This document shows positions 57,018 to 64,000 of a stretch of 64,000 bases of DNA, piece after piece. Where the stretch lies: assembly GCF_039941015.1 (NCBI RefSeq), contig NZ_JBDVFI010000041.1; one strand, 5' to 3'. Under the pieces are notes generated by a model. That model did no database searches. It saw only the letters and a list, made by a program, of their open reading frames with translations, and was not told the DNA's origin. Source of the DNA: Sedimentitalea sp. (GTDB taxonomy: Bacteria; Pseudomonadota; Alphaproteobacteria; Rhodobacterales; Rhodobacteraceae). A program made the translations under genes and the position numbers. Every line of letters starts with the position of its first letter. The stretch's first letter is position 1.

Positions 57018-57916
57018 TCCTTTTCGATGAGGCCCTTGTACAGCGCGCGAATCCGTTCCGTCATCGGACCCAGATCACCGCTGCCGATGCGTCGCCCGTC
57101 GATTGACCCGACTGGCGTTTGCGCGCCGAACGTGCCGGTCAGAAACGCCTCGTCTGCGCCATAGGTATCAACCAGGCTATAATTGCGCTCGTGCACGGGG
57201 ATGTCATTTTCCCGGCATAGGTCGATCACTTTTTGCCGGGTAATCCCGTTCATGCAATAATCCCCGGTGCTGGTCCAAACTTCGCCTTTGCGCACGATAA
57301 AGAAGTTGCAGGCATTGGTGGTATTTACGAACCCGTTCACATCCAGCATCAGCGCCTCGTCGGCCCCGGCTTTTTCCGCCGCAATGCAGGCAAGGATGCA
57401 GTTCAGCTTGGAATGGCTGTTCAGTTTGGGATCTTGCGTCATCGGCAGCCCCCGCAGATGCGGAACTGTTGCCAGTTGGATGGGCCGGGGCAATCGGGGT
57501 CGCGAATGCTCCATGATGATCACCATGGTCGGACCCGATTTGCTGAGGGAGGGATGCTGAAACGGACGCATCTTGACCCCGCGCGTCACCATCAGCCGCG
57601 CATGGGCATCGGTTTGCATGTCATTGGCGGCCTGTGTTTCACGCAAGGCCGCGATCACGCCCTCACGATCCAGACCGATATCCAGATCAATCGCCTTGGC
57701 GGCCTCAAACAGCCGGTCCATGTGCTCGTTCAGAAACGCCCATGTCCCGTTGTAGAGACGCAGCCCCTCCCAGACGCCATCGCCCAGCATGAAGCCGCTG
57801 TCATAGACACTGACCGTTGCTTGGGCCTTGGGTACGATTCGACCGTCCACGTAAATGCGGATGTCTTCGTTTCTGGCGTCTTCTTCGGCCTGATGTGTCG
57901 ACATTTTCTCTGTCAT
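57008..57916 (-). CDS. class IV (branched-chain/D-amino-acid type) aminotransferase
   Basis: About 302 aa, ...VSVYDSGFMLGDGVWEGLRLYNG...SKLNCILA...EALMLD..., fold-type IV PLP motifs. ATG at 57916 with SD GGGAGA is preferred. Confidence 0.85.
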   Translation of the reverse strand: MTEKMSTHQAEEDARNEDIRIYVDGRIVPKAQATVSVYDSGFMLGDGVWEGLRLYNGTWAFLNEHMDRLFEAAKAIDLDIGLDREGVIAALRETQAANDMQTDAHARLMVTRGVKMRPFQHPSLSKSGPTMVIIMEHSRPRLPRPIQLATVPHLRGLPMTQDPKLNSHSKLNCILACIAAEKAGADEALMLDVNGFVNTTNACNFFIVRKGEVWTSTGDYCMNGITRQKVIDLCRENDIPVHERNYSLVDTYGADEAFLTGTFGAQTPVGSIDGRRIGSGDLGPMTERIRALYKGLIEKECA

Positions 57917-58043
57917 AGGTGTCTCCCGACCCGTTCTTGCGCGGCGCTTCCCGGTCACTTGCCGTCACCTCGGCGTGACATTTCATGTCATGTCTTGCCC
58001 GGTCTCTGGCAACAAGACAACCTGTGCGTTGATGGAGAGAGAA

Positions 58044-58694
58044 ATGAAAACACTGAACACCTTTAAGCCGATTCTTCTGACGATCCTGATTGCGACCGCG
58101 TTCTGGATCAAAGGACACGAAGTCAACGCCGCAGAACCGCAGACCCTGACGGTTGCAGGAGGGTGTTTCTGGTGTGTAGAAGCGGATTTTGAAAAGGTGA
58201 ACGGCGTGATCGGCGCGGTGTCAGGCTATACGGGTGGTCAGATCGCGAACCCTACCTACAAACAGGTGACGCGTGGTGGAACCGGCCACTACGAGGCGGT
58301 ACAGATAACCTTTGATCCGGATACAATCAGCCGGACGACGCTGATGGACATGTTCCTGCGTTCAGTTGATCCCACCGATGCCGGCGGACAATTCTGTGAC
58401 CGCGGCGATAGCTACAGAACCGCAATATTTGTATCAGGCCAAAGCGAAACGACTTTGGCCAAAAAGGCCGTTGCCGCCGCGCAGGCGGAGTTGGGCCAAA
58501 CGATTGTCACACCGATCCTGCCCGCATCACCGTTTTATCTGGCTGAGGATTATCACCAGGACTATTACAAAGGGCGCTCGTTGGTTTTGACGCGAGCCGG
58601 ACCGAAATCACAGGCTACGGCCTACAAGTTCTATCGCGATGCCTGCGGCCGCGACGCGCGTGTAAAGGAACTTTGGGGCAAAGCGTTGGGGTGA
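58044..58694 (+). CDS. msrA: peptide-methionine (S)-S-oxide reductase with N-terminal signal/anchor
   Basis: 216 aa from ATG 58044 (SD GGAGAG). MKTLNTFKPILLTILIATAFWIKGHEVNA, then the catalytic GGCFWC. Confidence 0.88.
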   Translation: MKTLNTFKPILLTILIATAFWIKGHEVNAAEPQTLTVAGGCFWCVEADFEKVNGVIGAVSGYTGGQIANPTYKQVTRGGTGHYEAVQITFDPDTISRTTLMDMFLRSVDPTDAGGQFCDRGDSYRTAIFVSGQSETTLAKKAVAAAQAELGQTIVTPILPASPFYLAEDYHQDYYKGRSLVLTRAGPKSQATAYKFYRDACGRDARVKELWGKALG

Positions 58695-58748
58695 TCCTTG
58701 CCTGTCAGCACGGGTAAGGCTCGGTGGGTTAGATAAGGTTGAAGACCC

Positions 58749-59261
58749 TCAGCCACCCATCAACATGGTCCACCAGATCTTGCCACTGGAATCCTGATAC
58801 CACGAGAACCCCATGTCGCGGGCGCGTCGGTCCATGATCACATCGCGTGTGCCGGTTGCATCCATCCACGCGGCCAGTGTTTCCAGTTCGGTCTCGTAGG
58901 TTTCAGAGATGTTTTCGCCAAGCATCGCGCCCGGATAACCGGCGCGCTGCGCCCGGTCGATGGGCGACGATCCGTCAGAACCGAAATGCCATGGCCGGTT
59001 TTGCACCGACATATCTCGGGAGTGGGTGGCTGCGGCGGCGTTGAGCTGTGAATTCAGCTGTACCGGTCCGGCACCTGCAGCCGAACGGAGGGCATTGACG
59101 GAATCAAGAACGCGAAACTGGATGTCGTCTTTTTGACTGTTGCGGATCTTATAGACCTTGGGAAGTGGCAGCCCATCGGCACCGATGCCACCCGATGTGG
59201 GCGTGTCACATGCCGAGAGCACCAAAAGACCGGCCAACAAGAAGGAAATGAAGCGTATCAT
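58749..59261 (-). CDS. CAP/SCP-domain lipoprotein (YkwD-like)
   Basis: 170 aa. Lipobox LVLSACDT. ...NALRSAAG...LNAAAATHSRDM...GENI... is a CAP-domain pattern. Confidence 0.8.
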   Translation of the reverse strand: MIRFISFLLAGLLVLSACDTPTSGGIGADGLPLPKVYKIRNSQKDDIQFRVLDSVNALRSAAGAGPVQLNSQLNAAAATHSRDMSVQNRPWHFGSDGSSPIDRAQRAGYPGAMLGENISETYETELETLAAWMDATGTRDVIMDRRARDMGFSWYQDSSGKIWWTMLMGG

Positions 59262-59429
59262 GGGCTACCCCGACATGTATGTTCCGATTGCAATTAACCT
59301 GAAGAGCAGCGATGCGCAAACTCACACTTGCTGTCTTACAGGCCATTGCAACCGATTGATTTGCGACTGCGGCATTCTGGCCATATGATTCGTACGATTC
59401 GGTACGTCGACGTAACGCAGGTGATCGAG

Positions 59430-60029
59430 ATGAAATTTAAACCAAATACGACGCAGACACGCCGCAGTTTTCTGGCCACGGGCGCTGCCTTTGCCGCTGC
59501 GCCACTTATTGCTCAGGAAGAGGGATATGACCCGCTGCGGCCACCGCCAGAAGCCGAAGCGCCGGTGCGACACAATATTTCGAGCTTTCGGTCGGTCGAC
59601 TGGCGACCGCATTTCAGCTCTCTGAGGAACGGCGCGATTCTGGTTGATACCCGCTCGCGGGCGCTTCATTTTTGGTCAGAGGACCAAACGACCTACAAAC
59701 TCTTCCCGTCCAGTGTTCCCCTGACCGAAGAGATGACGCGTCGCGGTCGGACCAGCGTGATCCGCAAGGTTGTCGGCCCCAGCTGGAGCCCGACTCCTTC
59801 AATGCGAAAGCGGAACCCGGAATGGCCAAGCTATGTCCCACCCGGACCCGATAACCCACTGGGTACGCACGCTTTGTATCTGGGCTGGAAATACTATCGA
59901 ATTCACGGCACGCACGATACGCGCAAAATTGGGCGCCAATCATCGAACGGTTGCATCGGTCTCTATAACAACCACATCGAAGAGCTATTCGGGATGACCA
60001 AGGTCGGCACACAAGTGTTGCTAATTTGA
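59430..60029 (+). CDS. L,D-transpeptidase (YkuD domain), Tat-signal
   Basis: ATG at 59430: MKFKPNTTQTRRSFLATGAAFAAAPL (twin-arginine-like). Catalytic YRIHGT...SNGCIGL. Confidence 0.85.
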   Translation: MKFKPNTTQTRRSFLATGAAFAAAPLIAQEEGYDPLRPPPEAEAPVRHNISSFRSVDWRPHFSSLRNGAILVDTRSRALHFWSEDQTTYKLFPSSVPLTEEMTRRGRTSVIRKVVGPSWSPTPSMRKRNPEWPSYVPPGPDNPLGTHALYLGWKYYRIHGTHDTRKIGRQSSNGCIGLYNNHIEELFGMTKVGTQVLLI

Positions 60030-60165
60030 CGACATTGCCGTGTTCGTGGGCCTCATCCTTCAATCAACAGTTTGCAATCGCTGCACATTGCTGCATAGAA
60101 AAAACACGAGGTAAGTCATGGTGCGCGGTTCGTTTGAATGGACCGTGCTAACTCTGGAGGTTAAT

Positions 60166-60348
60166 ATGAAGAAACTCGTTCTCGCCGCTGCACTGGCTGG
60201 TGCTGCTTCGACCGCAACTGCTGGCAACCTGGCAGAGCCCGTCGTGGAAGCACCCGTTATCGTAGAAGAAACAACCAGCTCTTCGAGCGGCATCTGGCTG
60301 CCGTTGCTGCTGCTGGTTCTGGTTGGCGCCGCTGTTGCAGCAAGCTAA
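60166..60348 (+). CDS. 60-aa protein with signal peptide and C-terminal hydrophobic anchor
   Basis: SD GGAGG lies 6 nt upstream. MKKLVLAAALAGAASTATA-GNLAEPVVEAPVIVEETTSSSSG-IWLPLLLLVLVGAAVAAS. A strong terminator follows. Confidence 0.6.
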   Translation: MKKLVLAAALAGAASTATAGNLAEPVVEAPVIVEETTSSSSGIWLPLLLLVLVGAAVAAS

Positions 60349-60368
60349 TCACTGGCACTAGACTAGGG

Positions 60369-60400
60369 AAAAGGCGGTGGATTTCCACCGCCTTTTTCTT
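60369..60400 (+). terminator. rho-independent terminator
   Basis: AAAAGGCGGTGGA-ttt-TCCACCGCCTTTT followed by TCTTT. It lies between the small ORF and the convergent hemH. Confidence 0.85.
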
Positions 60401-60420
60401 TGGCTGACCGGGATTAATCG

Positions 60421-61482
60421 TCAGTCGATCCATCCGTTCAGATTCTGATCGATCACCCCCGCGAGCGCCGCGATATGGGCGTCGTCATCGTTCAGGCATG
60501 GGATATAGGTAAAGGTTTCACCGCCAGCCTCGATGAAACTGTCCTTTATCTCCTCGTTGATTTCTTCAAGTGTCTCAATGCAATCAGCGGAAAACGCCGG
60601 CGCACAGATGGCGATGTTCTTCTTGCCGCTCTGGGCCAGACGGGCAACCTCTTCGACGGTATAGGGCTGTAGCCACTCTTCCGGCCCAAACCGGGACTGA
60701 AAGGTTGTCGTGATGTCGCTGTCGTCCCAACCCAACCGCTCGCGAAGCAGTCGCGAGGTTTTCTGGCAGTGGCAATGATATGGATCGCCTTCGGTCAGAT
60801 AACGGATCGGGACACCGTGATAGGAACAGACGAGAACATCAGGTCGACGATCCAGACCCGCATAGGCGCGTTCGACAGATTGCGCGAGCGCATCGATATA
60901 GGCGGGCTGATCAAAATATGGGGCAACCGTGCGCGCGGCAGGCTGCCATTTTTCATCCATCAACGCGCGAAAGAACGCATCATTTGCTGTCGCCGAGGTA
61001 GCACCCGCATATTGCGGGTAGAGCGGAAAGAACAGGATCTTGCGGCACCCGGCCGCGATCATATTTTGGACCCGAGATTTGGTCGATGGATTACCATAGC
61101 GCATGCAAAAATCGACCATGACACGGTCACCATGGCGGTCGGCCATCGCCTGGGTTATTTTGGCAGTCTGATCCTTGGTGATGGTCATGAGCGGGCTTTC
61201 CCCCTGCTCTTCATTCCAGATCGACTTATATGCTGCGCCGCTGGAAAATGGTCGCTTTGACAGAATGATCAGCTGCAGCAAGGGCTGCCATTTCCACGAC
61301 GGATAATCGATGACGCGCTTGTCCGAAAGAAACTCGCTCAGATACCGCCGCATGGACCAATAGTCGTAATTGTCGGGCGTCCCGAGATTGGCGAGCAACA
61401 CACCAACCTTTTCAGGAGGAATACCGGGGTGATCGGCGGGGGCATGCGCAGGGCGCGGTGCGGCATTGGATGTGTCGAGCAT
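60421..61482 (-). CDS. hemH: ferrochelatase
   Basis: 353 aa, ...GVLLANLGTPD...LFFPLYPQYAGATS...SYHGVP... are ferrochelatase motifs. Confidence 0.93.
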   Translation of the reverse strand: MLDTSNAAPRPAHAPADHPGIPPEKVGVLLANLGTPDNYDYWSMRRYLSEFLSDKRVIDYPSWKWQPLLQLIILSKRPFSSGAAYKSIWNEEQGESPLMTITKDQTAKITQAMADRHGDRVMVDFCMRYGNPSTKSRVQNMIAAGCRKILFFPLYPQYAGATSATANDAFFRALMDEKWQPAARTVAPYFDQPAYIDALAQSVERAYAGLDRRPDVLVCSYHGVPIRYLTEGDPYHCHCQKTSRLLRERLGWDDSDITTTFQSRFGPEEWLQPYTVEEVARLAQSGKKNIAICAPAFSADCIETLEEINEEIKDSFIEAGGETFTYIPCLNDDDAHIAALAGVIDQNLNGWID

Positions 61483-61536
61483 TGTGTATCCTGATCGCAG
61501 GGTGTTTCTGTGCAGATAACCGCTTTTGCCTTCGGG

Positions 61537-62355
61537 TCAATCAGGCAGTTTGGTTTCACGAGTCATCAGGGCATCCGCAAGGCGGGCCTGTGCCGAACCT
61601 GGACGCAGCGGCTTTGGCTGGCTGTCATCGGGCGACCAACCCGTCAGGCAAATCATCTCAAACGTGGCAGGCAGGTATCCATCAGGCGTGGCATAATTCT
61701 CGCGATAGAGCGCTTGCGCCATCTCGAACACCGGGCGCGGTGTTGGCCGGCGCAGCCGTGAGGCGAGCGCATTTGTTTCGCCCATGTCACGCAGATCTAG
61801 CATGAGGTGGGCCAGATCCCGGTATTTCGCAATTGATGCGTGCCCATCCGCGACCGGAAGGTTCAGCCCTGCACGCTGGAGTAGCGCTCCGACTTCGCGG
61901 ATTTCCGCCATGGGCGAAACTCGTGGAGAAATTCCCCCTGACACACGGCTTTCTGCATCAGTCAGCGCGGCGCGAAGTTCGTAAAGCGTACGCCCACCAA
62001 GCAAAACCCCCAGGAACAGACCGTCTGGGATCAGGGCGCGACGGCATTGAATGATCTGACCAACCGGATCGTTCGACCAATGCAAGCACATGGCATGGAT
62101 GACCAAATCATGCTGCCCTGCCTCAAGCTCCAGCGTATCGCTGTCTGAAACCAACTTTGCGTCCGTGAAGTCATGCTGCCAGATCTCGGGAAATCCGGTC
62201 ACGATGGCGATGGATTTAAAGGTCCTGTTAACCATCGAAAGGCGATCCTTGATCTCGTCGACAGCGAGTTGCTGCAAGAAAAGGTCGTCAGCGCGGGCGC
62301 GACTGCGGTGGCGCAGCAGGGCAATGCGGTCAAATATCCGGGGTGCATGGGTCAT
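61537..62355 (-). CDS. class I SAM-dependent methyltransferase
   Basis: 272 aa. MTHAPRIFDR...RHRSRA N-terminus and a ...DLVIHAMCLHWSNDP... motif resemble the BioC-like methyltransferase found beside comF-grxC in Alphaproteobacteria. Confidence 0.75.
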   Translation of the reverse strand: MTHAPRIFDRIALLRHRSRARADDLFLQQLAVDEIKDRLSMVNRTFKSIAIVTGFPEIWQHDFTDAKLVSDSDTLELEAGQHDLVIHAMCLHWSNDPVGQIIQCRRALIPDGLFLGVLLGGRTLYELRAALTDAESRVSGGISPRVSPMAEIREVGALLQRAGLNLPVADGHASIAKYRDLAHLMLDLRDMGETNALASRLRRPTPRPVFEMAQALYRENYATPDGYLPATFEMICLTGWSPDDSQPKPLRPGSAQARLADALMTRETKLPD

Positions 62356-62372
62356 GGGCGGAAACTAGGCGG

Positions 62373-63101
62373 ATGTTGGCAAGGATTCAAACAGCAGTAT
62401 CCCTACTGTACCCTCCGCGGTGCCTTGGTTGTGGCTACATGGTGGAAAGCGATTTTGGCTTATGTGGACCCTGCTGGCGCGAGACCTCGTTCATCGGTGG
62501 GACAGTATGCGAATCCTGTGGCACTCCTTTGCCGGGCGCGGTTGATGGACACCGGATCGAATGCGACGATTGCATGGCGCACCCGCACCCCTGGTCCCAC
62601 GGCCGTGCGGCACTGATGTACGAGGGCCGCGCCCGGCAACTGGTTCTAGCGCTGAAACATGGGGATCGACCAGAGATCGCCCGCCCCGCTGGTCGCTGGT
62701 TGGCACATGCGGCACGGACGATCCTTGTACCGGATACGATTGTGGTGCCCGTTCCGCTACACTGGTCCCGGTTTCTGAAACGGCGTTACAATCAGTCGGC
62801 CTTGCTAGCGCAGTCTTTGGCACAGGAACTGGGGATCGAAGTCTGCCCTGACCAATTGCTGCGACGAAAACGGACTGCGACGCTCGAAGGGAAAACGGCC
62901 GAACAACGGTTTATCACCCTCAAGGACGCCATTCAGCTCAATCCGAATCGCATGGAACGGCTGCAGGGGCGCACCGTATTGCTGATTGATGATGTCATGA
63001 CCACCGGCGCGACGCTCAGTGCCTGTTCCGTGGCTTGTCAGGCGAGCGGAGCGAAAGATGTACGGGTGCTGACACTGGCACGAGTTGCAATGGATGCTTA
63101 G
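62373..63101 (+). CDS. comF: ComF-family phosphoribosyltransferase-domain protein
   Basis: N-terminal double Cys pairs PPRCLGCG...CGPC...CESCG. C-terminal PRTase motif VLLIDDVMTTGAT. The start is ATG 62373 or GTG 62343. Confidence 0.85.
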   Translation: MLARIQTAVSLLYPPRCLGCGYMVESDFGLCGPCWRETSFIGGTVCESCGTPLPGAVDGHRIECDDCMAHPHPWSHGRAALMYEGRARQLVLALKHGDRPEIARPAGRWLAHAARTILVPDTIVVPVPLHWSRFLKRRYNQSALLAQSLAQELGIEVCPDQLLRRKRTATLEGKTAEQRFITLKDAIQLNPNRMERLQGRTVLLIDDVMTTGATLSACSVACQASGAKDVRVLTLARVAMDA

Positions 63102-63138
63102 ATCATCGACAACACGGTCACATATCAGAGGTACGCGA

Positions 63139-63399
63139 ATGCAAACGGTCGAAATTTATACATCGCCACTTTGTGGTTTTTGTCACGCTGCCAAACGGCT
63201 GTTGGATCAGAAGGGTGTCGATTTCTCTGAAATCGACGTCTTGGCCAATCCGGAACGCAAGCCGGAAATGATCCAGCGCGCGCAAGGCGGGCGAACCGTG
63301 CCACAGATCTTTGTCGGCGAGATGCATGTTGGTGGCTGCGATGATCTCTTTGCGCTCGAACGGGCAGGCAAACTCGATGCATTGCTGTCCATATCATGA
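63139..63399 (+). CDS. grxC: glutaredoxin 3
   Basis: 86 aa, MQTVEIYTSPLCGFCHAAKRLL...GRTVPQIFVGEMHVGGCDDL, CGFC active site. Confidence 0.93.
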   Translation: MQTVEIYTSPLCGFCHAAKRLLDQKGVDFSEIDVLANPERKPEMIQRAQGGRTVPQIFVGEMHVGGCDDLFALERAGKLDALLSIS

Positions 63400-64000
63400 A
63401 AACGGCTCTGGTTCAGCTAAGTTCTTCCGACGATCCTGATGAAAACCTCGGGAAAATTCAGGGATTTGTTGCCGAGGCTGCCAGTGCTGGAGCAGGTTTT
63501 GTTCTGACGCCAGAAGTCTCAAACTGTCTCTCTACAAGCCGGCGTCATCAGAATGATGTTCTCAAGGTGGAATCCGAGGACGCAACGCTTGCCGCTCTAC
63601 GTGCACAGGCCGCCGAGCTGAACATATGGCTTCTGATCGGTTCACTGGGGCTCAAGACTCAGGATGCGGACGGACGATTCGCCAACCGATCCATTCTGAT
63701 CGCCCCGGATGGCGAGATTCAGGCGCGGTATGACAAGGTCCACATGTTTGATGTGCAGGTCACGCCGGAAGAAACATATCGCGAATCGGACGGATACCGC
63801 CCCGGAGACCGGGCGGTTGTCGCCGATACTCCCTTTGGAAAGATCGGCTTGAGTATCTGTTACGATATTCGTTTCCCCTATCTTTACCGAGCCTTGGCGC
63901 AAGCTGGCGCGCGCATCCTGACGGTTCCTGCCGCGTTTTCCTATGTCACCGGCGCTGCGCATTGGCATAGCCTTCTGCGCGCCCGTGCAATTGAAAACGG
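63396..64000 (+). CDS. carbon-nitrogen hydrolase (nitrilase superfamily), 3' end beyond the window
   Basis: Not in the ORF track because it runs off the edge. The ATG at 63396 overlaps the grxC TGA (ATGA). MKTALVQLSSSDDPDENL...LTPEVSN...YDKVHMFD...GLSICYDIRFP shows the Glu-Lys-Cys triad context. Confidence 0.88.
   Translation, partial: MKTALVQLSSSDDPDENLGKIQGFVAEAASAGAGFVLTPEVSNCLSTSRRHQNDVLKVESEDATLAALRAQAAELNIWLLIGSLGLKTQDADGRFANRSILIAPDGEIQARYDKVHMFDVQVTPEETYRESDGYRPGDRAVVADTPFGKIGLSICYDIRFPYLYRALAQAGARILTVPAAFSYVTGAAHWHSLLRARAIEN

Noticed and set aside
60166-60348. PEP-CTERM / VPLPA-CTERM sorting signal in the 60-aa protein
   Set aside because: The tail has a hydrophobic helix but neither the signature motif nor the terminal Arg/Lys cluster.

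Overview
GC-rich alphaproteobacterial chromosome segment. Gene content and Hint-domain protein suggest Rhodobacteraceae (Roseobacter group). It covers the dnaN-dnaA-rpsT neighbourhood. I call about 70 protein genes, two tRNAs (Val-GAC, Ala-GGC), a stand-alone rpmJ and several intrinsic terminators. Two edge genes are missing from the ORF track: dnaN (1-720, minus) and a nitrilase-superfamily hydrolase (63396-64000, plus). Content is mostly housekeeping: replication and repair (dnaA, dnaN, mutM, mutY), ubiquinone (ubiE, ubiB), argG, ilvA, hemH, ald, hslO, cca, msrA, grxC. There is also a long minus-strand operon for a HAAT/Liv-type ABC importer bracketed by two adenylate-forming ligases, a heterodimeric ABC exporter pair, and several signalling genes. 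I see no CRISPR array, transposase, integrase, phage or recognisable defence genes, so I cannot point to one clear novel system. The most interesting items: (1) a strong-SD 31-codon upstream ORF ATGA-coupled to a COG0523 metallochaperone GTPase, where the same DNA read in the GTPase frame encodes a His/Cys-rich stretch with no start codon; (2) a lower-GC patch with an orphan receiver whose phospho-acceptor Asp is Glu, a 350-bp AT-rich spacer and a Hint-domain protein; (3) a sensor-less class III nucleotide cyclase fused to FHA; (4) a frameshifted dadA; (5) an IscR/Iron-Rhodo-box-like palindrome in front of an Fe(3+) binding-protein gene whose transporter is split and has no ATPase in the window; (6) a translationally coupled class IV aminotransferase and sulfotransferase-fold pair; (7) a divergent RR-PP2C/Hpt pair; (8) a GANTC cluster upstream of dnaA. 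All product calls come from reading translated motifs by eye. No searches were run.
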